Positions 50,101 through 62,686 of a DNA stretch of 64,000 nt are shown here, in pieces (position 1 is the first letter of the stretch; each line of letters begins with the position of its first letter). The notes beneath the pieces were generated by a model, which did not search any database, was not told where the DNA came from, and was given only the letters and a program-made list of their open reading frames with translations. The position numbers were made by a program, and so were the translations under genes. Source of the DNA: Callorhinchus milii (lineage: Eukaryota); NCBI RefSeq assembly GCF_018977255.1, contig NW_024704742.1, positions 84,012,001 to 84,076,000 of the forward strand. Reading direction: 5' to 3'.

Positions 50101-50615
50101 TTAAGGATTGTATTGTGCTGGGGGGAGGGGAAAGAAAGAGGAAAGGAACACTGTCCTTAAAGTGATTCATTCAGACTGAAGGATTTTGATGTAGATGAAT
50201 GAGTGGAATGGATTTTAAAACTTTTGTAGGAAATTACATTGCAATTAGTAAGTTGGTTCGGTTTCAGTTGACATATGGCTGTTTGCTGGACATTGCTGTG
50301 CCCACATTGGCTGCCCCGTTAGCCTAAAAAAACCAGTCACTCTAATTTTAGTGTCAAGCGCTTTGAGAATCCTGATGTGAAAGACGCTGTGTTGAATGTA
50401 GGGTTTATTTGGGGCTCGCCATTAAAAGAAAGATGGCATAGAGATGTAAATGGTGTAATACAACAACAAAATTATATATATATAACGCCTTTCACGTCGG
50501 GAGGACGTCCCATGGTGCTGGACTGATAGAGTTATGGACCCGAGCTGAGGGTCGGGTGGGGGAGAGGGGGGGACGATATCCAGTATAAAACCATTTACAA
50601 TTTATTTAAAGAATT

Positions 50616-52615
50616 AAATTGGGGCTTCTTCTGCTGAGCAGAGGAGATTGAGAGGGAAATTATAGAAATGATAGAATGTTTAAGATACTGAAGAGTCATG
50701 AGACGGTAAATGGAGGGGGATTATTTCACCTCTCCTCCAACTGCGAGGTGATGTTGGACTTCCTCGAAACCAAAGTCGAGGGGATCTAGTCAGCTGCTGC
50801 TGCCCTTCCGTCTACTACCCCCTCCCCATCTCCCTCTCACACAGTGACCCCTACCCATCCCTCCCTCCACACCTTCGATCCTGTCTCCCCCACCTCTCTC
50901 ACTATAACCCACATGAAACTGACCACCTGCTCCCTCGACCCTATCCCTACCCCTCTCCTTACCTTCCAGCTCTATCTCCTTGTCCCTCTACTCACAGACA
51001 TCATAAACCTCTTCCTTTCCACTGGCATCGTTCGCACCCCTTTAAAAACAGCCGCCATCTCTCCTATCCTTAAAAAGCCCTCCCTGGACTCATCCCTGCT
51101 CTCAAATTACTGCTCCATCTCCAACATCCCTTTCCTTTCCAAGGTCCTGGAACGAGTTGTTGCTTCCCAGCTTCGCTCCTTCCTCTCGGGCCACTCCCTT
51201 CACAAACCCCTCCAATTGGGTTTCCGTGCCGCCCACAGCACAGAAGCAGCTTTGGTCAAAGTAACAAATGACATTCTGTCCATCTGTGACCAGGGCTTCC
51301 TCTGCCTCCTCGTCCTCCTTGACCTCACTGATGCCTTCGATAGCGTTGACGACTTGACCACTCTATTCTCATCCACCATCTTCCCTCTCACCTCAACCTT
51401 CATGTTTCTGTCATTGAATGGCTCAGATCATACCTCTCACACCATCTCTACTTCATCGCCACAAACCGTTTCTCCTCTAGCCCCTGCACCATCTCGTGTG
51501 GCATTCCTCAGGCCTGTGTCCATGGTCCCCCATCTTCAATATTTATATGCCCCCTCTTGGTGACATCATCCGCAGACATGGGGTCAACTTCCACATGTGT
51601 GCGGAGGCTCTCCTGATTGGCTCCCATCAGTGCATCCACACCTCAAGCGCTGACAGCATCACCATCCAAGGATGCACACTCCACCTCGTTGAGACACTCA
51701 GGAACCTTGGTGTCTTCTTTGACCCTCAACTATCCTTTCTACCCCACATCCGTGCCATGATCCACACTGCCTTCCCCACATCCGCAACATTGCCTAGCTC
51801 CGCCACTGTCTCACACCGCAGGCTGCCGAAATTCATAACATTCAGGCTTGACTATGCAAATTCCCTGCTTTCGGCCTCCCCAAAGCTTCCCTCCATAGGC
51901 TGCAGATCATCCAGAATTCTGCAGCCTGTGTCTCCCGAACCAGGCTCAGTGACCCTATCACCCCCATTCTTGCCCGACTCCACTGGCTTCCCATCACACA
52001 GAGGATACAGTTCAAGATCCTAGTCCGCAGCTTCAAAGCCCTCCATGGCCTTGCTCCCCCCTACCTCTGTGACCTCCTAACCCCCTACCAACCTGTCTGC
52101 TCCCTCCGCTTAGCGGGCTCTGGCCTGCTTCACATTCCCCACCTTCAGCCACTCTGCCCCCACCCTCTGGAACTCCATCCCGCAGTGGCTCTGCCTCCCC
52201 CCTCCCTTATCTCCTTCAAGACCCATCTCAAGACCCTCCTCTTCGACCGTACCTTTGGTCACCCTCCTTCCCCACCTGCCCTCCACCCTCCCTGATCTCG
52301 ACCCTCAGCTCGGGTCTGAAACACTGATTGTCCAGCCCCTTGGGATATCCTCCTGATGTGAAAGGTGCTATGCAAATATAATTTTCTTATTGTTATTGTT
52401 AGTTGAGGAACTTGTGACAAGACAGACATAGTTTTATGATTATCAGCAAAATATTCGAGGGAGAGTTTAAAAGGAATTTCTTTGCTTGAACGGTTGTCAG
52501 TGTGTCAGGCTGAATCAGTAATATTGAAAAAGGAATTACTGTATATGCACATTCAAGCAGTAAAAATATTAAGAGATATGGAAAAGAGTGGAATGTAATA
52601 AAGGGTGAAAAAAAG
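50616..52615 (+). mobile_element. Old CR1 3' fragment split by the L2 at 50730-52398
   Basis: 50616-50728 (gagcagaggagattgagaggg..tttaagatactgaag..ttatttcac) continues at 52399 (tagttgaggaacttgtgacaaga..ggaatttctttgc..ggttgtcagtgtg). Confidence 0.6.
50730..52398 (+). mobile_element. L2 LINE, 5'-truncated, disrupted RT
   Basis: ORF 50844-51563 ([45 protein letters not shown]); tail at about 52340-52398. Confidence 0.93.
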
Positions 52616-53528
52616 TAGATTTGTTCTGCTCTTGCCACAACTCTGGTGAGATCCCTTAATTGAGCATAAGATAATCAGCTGATAGTAGCTTGAATCATCA
52701 AGAATCTAATAGAGTATTGCGCTTTAAGACATACATTAGTGCTTTCAGCCCATGTTCAAAGATGCCACACCATCTATCTGAGGCAGCTATCAGCATTGAA
52801 TACATATCAGAATTGTCAAAGGTGAGATTGGACTCGACACTTGCCCAAAGCCAGCCTGTAATTCTAATATCAATTTGCCATTTCACGTCCTCCCAAAATC
52901 AGTGTAAGGTAGATTGAGTTCTGGGTTGGTTTCCATACCAAGTCCATTTTGGGAACAGCAGAATGTAAAATGCTAGTCTTTGGTTTAGGATCTGTCAAGT
53001 CCTCAATTATAATGTGGTACAGTAGTTTTCCATTTCTGCAAGTTTGTGAATTGACCTTAAAGTCAATTAAAGGAACATTTAGAATTTTGTCGATTCAAGT
53101 TGTACAGGTCTATTTACTGAGAATGAAGATGTTTAAGAAAGTTTTGACTTTGAAAAGAGTTACCATGTGAATTGAAGGTAGAAAAAGTTGCTGGAATAAA
53201 CCTCTGGGAATGTTGTACAATATTTGGATTGTGAAAATAACTTCTCAATCCAAGGAATAAATTGATGTGTACCAAGCTAATACCAGTGGTTCATTTTGAA
53301 TGGAGCATGGCTTTTCATTAGTACATGTACATCTTTTCATAATTTGGGGTAATCCCAGTAATTGTGGGATCATGCCAGTCACTATTGTATGTAGAAGTGG
53401 GTAGTGCAGTTTTCATTCCCTGAATTATTTTTGTAATATTCTTAGATTAGCTCAATTGGTAAAGCACTGAGCAGTGTTAAAGTGGATCACACAAACAAAG
53501 AGGGTCCCAAGTTCAAGTGGGCCAGTAG

Positions 53529-53898
53529 TTATAATAATAATAATCTTTGCATTTGGTATCCCCTTATCACATCTTCAAGATATCTCAAAGCACTTCACAG
53601 AATGTACGGTAAAGCAAATTTATTTTGTGGGTGAAACGTGGCAGTCAATTGCACATAGCAGTATCCCACAAACAGTCATGGATTGAGTGACCAATTTTAT
53701 TATTTTTTTTTGAAGGAATTATTACCACCGGAAAAGTGATCCGCCAATCTATTAACAACCAGGTTCCTGCTTACTGCTTGATAAACAGAAGGTTGTGGAA
53801 TAAGGAAACTTGCCCTGCCGGGAATTAAACCCAAGTGCCTCACTTGGGAGGTGAGTGCTCTAACCACTGAGCTTCTGGACTCCACGCTACAGGACTCC
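53529..53898 (-). mobile_element. CORE-like SINE, long variant
   Basis: (AAT)n tail; gtgctctaaccactgagc head; 5' end duplicated (ggactccacgctacaggactcc). Confidence 0.88.
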
Positions 53899-55990
53899 TC
53901 CTACTTTCTAGTTCACTGAAAAAGTATGTTTCATTTTTAAAAAATTGGTTCCTGAAACAATAATGCAATTTAAATGCCAGTTTTTCTACTTTTTTGCTCT
54001 TTCTCGTCTCTGTGTCCTGAAGGCACTTGGATTCCTTTCATCTTTCTGAAGCGTGCAACTCCATGGATGCACGACTCCCACTGAAACTTTGCTCTCTTAA
54101 GTGACAATATGTGAAACCTGACTGAGAGTGTTAGGTTTTTCAATCCCTGTCCTACTCTTGCCCAGTGCATGCCCTACATTCACAATTTTGCAAAATTGTC
54201 CCTCAATGGGGATCAGGAAGGGAAACTGGCTTGTTTTCTTCCCTCTAGCCTAGGATTGTTGAGACCAATTGCATTCCTTGACTGATAAGAATGCTGTTTA
54301 CTATGTTGTCTTTTACCGACTGCAACTTCAAGGATGTTTGTTGTACAGTGTACGTCAGTGTACACAATAATTCAGTGTACTGGAGTTTACATTCAGAGGT
54401 GCGTGAGGAAGAATTTTTCTTGAAGCCAATCTTTTGCAGGAGAAACTGTTTGCCATTTTCATCTGCAACTGCAAGTAGCTCTTTCTATTTGGCTCTTTGG
54501 CTCGTATCCGTATGTCTGAAAGGTAGTGTGAGCTGTGTGCCACTGTTGTCCATTCTGTCTGCTGGCATACATCTTTCACCGACTGAGATTTCCAGGATGG
54601 AACTTGGCACATTCCCTCTGTATTTCTTCACATCCTGACCTCTGTTCATTTATTAGGGTGTAGATTGGCGGAGTGTGGTGGTAACAGTTTCTGAAGTAAC
54701 CTTGTGAAACTGTTTCTCACAGCAGATGTTCTAGAAGTAACTGTTTTTGCAACTTGTTACACCGAAGGCCTGATTTCTTCATGAACTAAAGACACTAAAA
54801 GTTACATTTTGAACAGCAGGTTGTTTTGAGATTGTATGCATTTATACAAAAAGTCGTGATACCATTACAGTGTCTAATAAGTCTTAAAATAAATTAGGAT
54901 TTTTTTTGGATAATAGGGAAACGGCAAAATAAGACTCTTTTAGTCAATCTGCATCAAAAAGCTGGGCAACGGATTTTCACCTAATGATCGCTGGTGAGTC
55001 ATATTCACCTTCAATAACGCAGCTATACTTGATGTTTGCTTTGCACCAGTTTGTTTCGCACCAATCTTTTGGCTTCAGTTGATATTTTGAATGTAAGGAT
55101 TATTGTTAAGGACATCTTCAAATTTTTTCAACCCTTAACTCAATTTAAAACCTGAGCCCAGTGAGGTTTTCGGCAGTTGTAGCATTTAAATAATGTTTGC
55201 TGAGAGCTACATAAGACCTCAAAAGATAAGAATCCTTACACTTGATATAACGCCTTTCACATTGTGAGGACATCTCAAAGTGCTTCTCAGGATGTACTAT
55301 AAAGTGTAGTGACTGTGTGTTTTATACGCAAGCATGGCAGCCAATATGCGTACAATAATGTTCCACAAAAAGGTATGAATTGCCAAATTGAGAATGACAG
55401 GGACAAGACAATAATAATCCTTGCATTTGATAGGGTGCCTTGTCACATTGTTGAGCCATCTCAAATTACTTCATAGGAAATTGTGTAGTGACTGTGTGTT
55501 TTATGGGCAAAATGTGCTGTGTAACAAGATTATTTTTTTCCTTTTATAATATATTATATTCAAGTTTCACAGCTACTATTTAGATTTAACGGTACTCCTT
55601 TGTGCCAAATGGTAAAGTGTTTGTTTTTTAAGTGGTCACATTAAGGACCCTGGAGAGACTTGTATTTTGTCACTCTGCTGGTTGAACTGATGGGTTAGAA
55701 TGACAACCTTTTACATGCGCAAAATGCTGTTTCATTTGGTGAGTGTGATTAACATCACCTTTCTCTGAATATTCACTCGCATCCTTTTGGTTTATTAGAG
55801 AGAGGTTGCCAAAGGCGACTCTTTCCATTTCCTTGAAGTAGAAACGAGACTTATGCTCTAAACACTCTGAGACACTACCCTGCGTGGAGGGCGCAATATA
55901 AGTGCAAGTTGTTGTTGTTGTGTTGTGTAAGGAACCATTATCGTTAGTGGTAGATCCTGTTCGATTGTTGTGATGTTAAGTGGTTGCATC

Positions 55991-56295
55991 TAATAATAAT
56001 TCTTGCATTTGATATAGCGCTTTTCACATCTTCTAGACATCTTAAAGCGCTTCACAGACTATACTGTAAAGTGAATTGACTGTATATTTATGGGCGAACG
56101 CGGCAGCCAATTGCGCACAGCAGTGTCCCACGAACAGTCATGGATTGAAATGGCCAATTTTTTTTTTTTTTTTTGAGGGATTATTATCAGGCGTGTGGAG
56201 TAAGGAAACTTGCCCAAGGATTCACCCTGCCGGGAATTGAAGCCAGGTCTCTCACTTGCAAAGCGAGTGGTCTAACCACTGAGCTACAGGACTCC
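55991..56295 (-). mobile_element. CORE-like SINE, short variant
   Basis: Reverse head ggagtcctgtagctcagtggttagaccactcgc; ccttgggcaagtttccttactccacacgcctgataataat. Confidence 0.9.
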
Positions 56296-56435
56296 GCAGA
56301 AGTAATCTATTCTGCATCTCATGAGCAACATTTTTTGTTTAATCCTGAAGTAGGTGGTAAGTAGTTAATCTCGGATTGTGAGTTTACCTGTGGAGACCTA
56401 GTAGGTCTGAAATCTTGCAAGCACTGACTTCTGAA

Positions 56436-56692
56436 TATTTTTGGGGGTCAGCTAGGTGTCTGACACTTGCAGAAACCCATCACCGTGCCTAAGAGTATCC
56501 AAACCAAGCTGAGATTTCCATGCATCCCACCTACACATGGAGATCCCAGAGAGAGATTGTTGGAATAGAATGCGCACTCCCTCCCTGGAGGATGCATCCT
56601 ACTTTCCTAATTCTGGAAAGTATTAGGCGCAGGTTGGCAAGGGCCAAGGCCGCGGGTGTGCGTTGGGGTACTGCTGGAATCTAACCAGCTAA
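56436..56692 (-). mobile_element. Unidentified ~600-bp SINE-like family, 3' fragment
   Basis: ttttgggggtcagctaggtgtctgacacttgcagaaacccatcaccgtgcctaagagtatcc. Confidence 0.75.
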
Positions 56693-57002
56693 CCTTCTGA
56701 CTAATTGAGTTCCTTAGTGAAATAAGCAGGGGAAGATCTAGCTGGAAATCCACATTGAGTGCGTCATGTAAAGATGCCGAAATTCAGAACAGATGTGAAG
56801 CATGGGTGAAATTAAGATTGTTTTAACCTGATATGATCAAGGGAATTCCTTCTGGGGTGCAGAACGAGAATGTGCCGCTAAACCTACTTAGTACTGGCCC
56901 ACAGACAGGAACGTTTAAGCAACAGATCAGTGGTGGTTAGACTGAGGCTGGTCTGTGGAACCAGTAACATGTGTTCATGCTCACTTTATTGTACTTCCAC
57001 AG

Positions 57003-57177
57003 GCAGTGTGTGCAAAGCTCTCCTCAACCCCCATGAGAAGGAAATATAAATCCGTTCCTAACTGCTTGAAGAGTTGCATGACTTCAGCAGTATAAAAAGC
57101 ACATGATTTTTTGGCGGTACATTCCACCTGATGATCACTTGCAGCTGTGTCCATGTTCAAACTCACACTGATGCAGC
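57003..57177 (+). other. Candidate exon (non-coding, or a 5' UTR/start exon)
   Basis: Acceptor ctcactttattgtacttccacAG and donor agc|GTGAGT; stops in all three frames, with a short open ATG (MFKLTLMQ) running into the donor. Confidence 0.3.
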
Positions 57178-57660
57178 GTGAGTGTCGTTTTCCTTCCTGC
57201 TGCCTGCGACATTTACCTGGTAAAGAGACGATGCCTTCCTTGCTTTATTCCACACATTGATTCTTCTAAGTGCTGTGCTGGTGTTATTAACGATGGGTCG
57301 AGCTGGTGTTTGCTGCTGCCTTTGATCTGCATTAAGTTTCAGCCCTTTAGCCAGACCCCACAGAGAAGCAAATGGAGACAGGTCTCCTCTATTGCTGATT
57401 CCAGACTCTGTAGCACTGGAGCTTTTCTTTGCTCCCAAGGGTCAGATTGTGACAAAAGCCTCATTACTTTGTCTCCAAACTACAGTTGCTACACTACACA
57501 GGAAATCCCGTGAAGCACTTCGAGAGATTCCAAAGACGTGATAAGGTGCTATAACAAATGCAACGATTATTATTAGCTCTACTCCCAGCAGCATACAACT
57601 AAGGGAAGTTGCGTATCACTGTTGTGGGTTTTGTAGGTGAATGTAGCTGACTATAAAATA

Positions 57661-58031
57661 TATAATAATATTCCTTGCATTTGATATAGCACCTTATCAT
57701 CTCTTTGAGACATCTCAAAATGCTTCACAGAATATACTGTACTGAATTGATTGCATATTTTGTGGGCAAAATGCAGCAGCCAATTGCGCACAGCAGTGTC
57801 CCACAAACAGTCATGGATTGAGTGACCAATTTATTATCATTTTTTTNGAAGGAATTATTACCCCCAGAAAAGCGATCCCCAATCGACTGACAAGCGGGTT
57901 CCTACTTACTGCTAGGTAAACAGAGGCATGTGGAGTAAGGAAACTTGCCCATAAATTCGCCCTGGGCAGGAATTGAGCCCAGGTCTCTCGCTTGCAAGGT
58001 GAGTGCTCTAACCACTGAGTGACAGGACTCC
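57661..58031 (-). mobile_element. CORE-like SINE, long variant, full length
   Basis: Reverse head ggagtcctgtcactcagtggttagagcactc; long central segment; (AAT)n tail; one N at 57847. Confidence 0.9.
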
Positions 58032-59307
58032 ACAAAATGAAGCGCTTTGGGATGTGCTCCTGATCTGAAAGGCACTATACCAAATGTAAGGATGTTTATT
58101 ATATCAAATTTGTCTCAAGTTAATGTAGATTCGTGTTCGCTCAGATCATTGCCTTGCAAGAGTAGCAGAGGGTCAGCTTTTGGATGCAAGCAAACTTAAT
58201 GCTCTGTCTCTCAATTTCACTCCCATCTATCGGACTAAGGGCAAATTGGCCAGGTCATTGTAGACTCCTATGTATTCTTCACCTTGACGAGCAACATTTA
58301 CAAAACTAATTGTTAAAAAGCCCCACTCTGTGAAAAAGATGTGATCTTAGCTTGGTATTTACTATTTCGTGCCCCCCCCTTCCCCCCACAATGTTTGATA
58401 GTGTGAACTCCATAACCTGCTGAAGCATTGCACTATAGCAGATGCTTTTTTTCCACTGGAGTCTAGTGACCTTTGTCTGTCTTCTGGCCCTCAGCCTTAT
58501 TTATGAGTCTTGCTGTGTTTTCAGACCAGCGCCTAATGGTGCAGCATTGCTGTCGGTCAGTAGCATGCCTGACCTTGGAACTATTAGTACAGAAAAAGAG
58601 AGTGGGAGGGAAAGGGGGAGGAGAAGAAGTAAAACTGCACTTGGCAGCTGCAGTAATAGTTTTTGAGATAAAAATATGCTTAGGAATTGATGAAATAGCT
58701 GGAATATTTCAGCTGCTACACAAGGTCAGCTGTTAGCATCCAGAACCAATGCCTTTTATGCTGCATCAGATGTCTTACACCCTTTTGGTTTTAAAGTAAA
58801 ACAAAACCCTGCCATCAGGTTGAATAATGAGGAATAATGGGGCAATTAAGGATTTTCTTATATAAAATGCAATATAGTTAAAATGTTAATGTAGTAAACT
58901 GGAGGGTAATAAACTGTGACAACCCTCCCCTCGCAAACGAAAGATAACACCATAGAAGGGATGGGTAGCGCTTGATTTATCAGCAGCATTGGTTGGTATG
59001 TGGTTGAGAAAAATAGTGTATTAGTGTGTTATAGTGGGATGAAGAGGATGGGATGGGGGAAGAAAGATGACCGAAAATACAGTCAAAGAGGTAAGTCTTG
59101 AAGTGGGCTTTGAAAATGGGGAGAGAGGGGCGAGTCGGAGGGACTCTGCGATAGTACTATAGAGTGGGGCAAGAATGTCCGGGGACATGAAACAACATGC
59201 CAAATGATGCTGTCTTGAGTCTCTCGGCCAACTTACAATCCACTTCATGCCAAACTGTTAAGATTCTGTCTGCTTACAGATTCTCTCATCGGCATTGTGT
59301 TAAATAG

Positions 59308-59750
59308 TTAATAATAACAACAACTTGCACTTATATAGCGCCCTCCACACCAGCGGTGTCTCAGAGCGCTTAACAGTGGTGGAGCCCAAGGCCGAGCCTG
59401 GGGGAGGGGAAGGTGATGGTAGGATCGGTCAAAAATGAAGGTCTTCAGATGCGACCTGAAGATGGGGAAGGAGGGGGCGAGGTGATGAGGTTGAGGGAGG
59501 GAGTTCCTAAGTTTCGGGGTAGTGGCTGAAGGCACAGCCGCCAATGGTGGAGCGGAGGATTCGGGGTACACGGAGGAGGCCGGACCCAGTAGAGTGGAGG
59601 CAGTGGGTACTGCTGTGGGGAGAGAGGAGGTTAGAGAGTTAGAGGCGTATCAAGGAATGGAGGGATTTAAACACTAGAGTGAGGATCTGGAAGTCGATCT
59701 GCTCTGTGACAGCGAGCCAGTGGAGTTTGGCAAGGACTGGAGTAATCGGT
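59308..59750 (-). mobile_element. Older L2 3' fragment
   Basis: ORF 59308-59571 (KLRNSLPQPHHLAPSFPIFRSHLKTFIFDR); aacaacttgcacttatatagcgc tail. Confidence 0.8.
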
Positions 59751-62572
59751 AATTTAATATATAATTTATAAAGGTTTGCACTGCTGTGTATTTTGTTTAA
59801 CATTGACTCTCCCATCAGCCTGTGTCACACAAGGTTGATGATCTGCGTAATTGGAAATGACATGCTGCGTTTGGTGGCCCAAAATAAATATCCTCTGTAG
59901 GTGCTCGTATGTTACAGACCACAATCAGGGCATGTGGTTGGCAGCCTTGCTGGATTTGATCTCCGGAGGCTGAAACAAGTTGCATTTGAAGGGAGCTTGT
60001 CCCAGTGTCCTGGCCAACAACCCCCCTCCCTACCCCGGTAGAATTGGTCATTCACTTCATTGCTGTTGGTTGGATGTTTCTGTACACAAGTTGGCTGCTG
60101 TGTTTGCTTACAAAATACATGGGCACTGCATTTTACAGTAAATCCCTTGAAGCGCTTTAAGAGATCCTTCTGGCATAAACGATGCTGTACCAAATGCAAG
60201 TAGGATTAGTAGTATTGTTCAAGCCAATATTCTTTTTTTTCTATAGAAAAAAATATTTGGCAGACTGCTAACCAGTTAGCATGAAACACACCTCATATAA
60301 AGGCAGTAGCTGTTGCTCCTGCATTGACTGGTGCAGCTTCTACCGCATGCCGTACTGTGCTAGACTATCTCACAGTTATGGTTCAGGCTGAGGCATGGAG
60401 AGTACCTGTGAGTTTGTGCCCTTGCAATGATTGCAATCGTGGGGGTGGCGAAGAGATGAACTATAGATATCACTGTACACAGCCATTGTTCTTTGTTATG
60501 CGCACATAGCTTTTTAAAAGGATAAGACTGTTGCATCACTCTTATGCAATACAACATCTGCGATCCTGTAAGCACAATACTTATAATATCTCAGCCCTCA
60601 GTCATACTGGAAGTGAATTTTCCAGATGGAATGAGGCAGATGAATGCAGGAAAAGAGGGTGGAGATTGATTGTTTGTGCAGAACATTGTACTGTGGCACT
60701 GTGAGGCAATAGCAACGCTTGTTTTCCTGCCGATAACATCAAAATGTCTCCAAGCGCTTCACAGGCAATTACTGATAAGCGTAATGATTTGTGTGTAGGT
60801 AGATGAGAGTAGCGGCCAATTATAGTGTTTCACTGCTAGCATCAAACAGTGCAGCTGCTTTTCAATAAAATATCTGTACAATACAGACCATGCTATCTGA
60901 GAGACGTCTGAGAACTGTAGATAGTGGTGCTATCTGGGTGCCATCAAAACTGTTACCTGAATGTCTCATTTGTACGTTTGTCATATTTTTGCACTGATGG
61001 CGAGTCTCTGGAGGCCTTCCTGTCTGCTGAGTCGACCAATAACGTACAACGAACAATCTCGCTGGTTCTGGCAAGACCCAACTCAGATCAGCTATTCACG
61101 TTGGAGTGATATTATTTCTTCATTCGAAGAAAAGCCATCTCTCTTGAGGTGACCAGTTGATCGCAGGCTTCCCCAATTCATTAACAAGTCTCAAGGCCTT
61201 TGGAAAAACATTCCAAAAGAAGGTTAAAAAGTCCCAGAGTTCTAAAATGTGGCACACTTATGGTCTGTATTCCTGGTCTATGGACTGCTAGAAGAGGAAG
61301 AGGTTTCAATAATCTTGTGGAGGAGAAGCAAATGCATCGTGGAATTGCTCTTTCTCCATGCCGTTTTGCTAAACCACGGGTTTCACTGTTGTTAAACATA
61401 AGAGCCCCAAAATTTCACTGAATCAGAACCTGTGAGACCATTTGTCTTTAAACTTAAGATTGTGTAGAATTGTAAGACAATTCTGAAACTTAGTCCTAAT
61501 TTGGATCCTGTTTTCCCACCGTGGTTAATTTTCCACAATCCTGCACCACCTTTTTCAGCGAAAATGGTCATCCAGGTTAAGATGAGATGGAATTTCAGGC
61601 CGAAGATTAAACCAGATGTGTTGAGATATTTTCCCCAAATGGCTTAACAATCCAAAAGGCCAAGCAGGACAAACAGGAGGAGGTCAAAGGTAATTTGCTG
61701 GGTTGGTCTGTCTGTTATTTTTCTTTTCAGTGGTTTCGGTTTACCATATAATTTTTTTAAAAAAGTGCTGCAGGATAGGAGGAGTGGTGAGAACAAAGAA
61801 AGCTCAGCTCTTGAGAGGGCGAAGTGGCATCTGGAAGGAGTTTCTCAGTCACTCAGTGAGCTGGGGAACCCACCTTGTAAAGCAGGGCTGACGTTATGCA
61901 TCCATGGTGGTCTCTGGAATGCGACGGATATTATCATGCTGCATGGCATGTGAAAATATCCAAAGTACAAAGGAGTTTTTCAGAGTGAAAGGAAACTTTA
62001 GGAGGATAGGATCTGTTGAAGATGACATCTGTTTAGTCGAAGAGCTCATGTGACTACTCTTTAGTCCCAGCTTGTAAGTTTCTGCTACAAGGTCCAGAAC
62101 TAAGTATTGTGGCTCTTTCTGCTTGCTGAAAGGTTGTGCCTTCTGTTTTGGTAATTTAATATGTTGTAGATTGTTTGAAACAACTAATTGAATTGAAATG
62201 GTGTATTTCGGTGTGTTAGCAACAAGGGGTAAATGTCAGATTTTTCTGATTTTTTTTTCTTTTCTTTCATGTATATAATCCATATAATTAGCCCGAAGGT
62301 GAGTAAATCTCAGCATTCAATGATGTTTTCTCACCTGTTGTCACCTTCTCTCTCTCTCTCTCTCTTTCTTCTGCTCCAAACCATTGGTAGTTTCTTAAGG
62401 GGGTGGGGGGAATTTACATTGTTTCAGAGTTTTTTTTTCGGTTGGGGGAAGACAGTTCACTAACACACATGCTACACAGAAACCCATCACTATATTTAAA
62501 AGTATCCAAGCCAAATTACTGAGTTCCACATATCCATGGAAATTTACGCAGCATTGTGTCGCGATATATGAA

Positions 62573-62686
62573 TGATAATAATAATAATCCTTGCATTTGA
62601 TATAGTACCTTATCACATCTTCGAGACATCTCAAAGCGCTTCACAGAATATACTGTAAAGTGAATTGACTGTATTTTGTGGGCGAA
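62573..62686 (-). mobile_element. SINE 3' tail fragment
   Basis: (AAT)n ccttgcatttgatatag..cacatcttcgagacatctcaaagcgcttcacag. Confidence 0.85.

Noticed and set aside
57847..57847. Ambiguous base N
   Set aside because: Assembly uncertainty at a poly-T run; not biological
61731..62073. Possible + strand exon (LQDRRSGENKESSALERAKW..)
   Set aside because: No frame open between the splice-like sites and no recognisable homology
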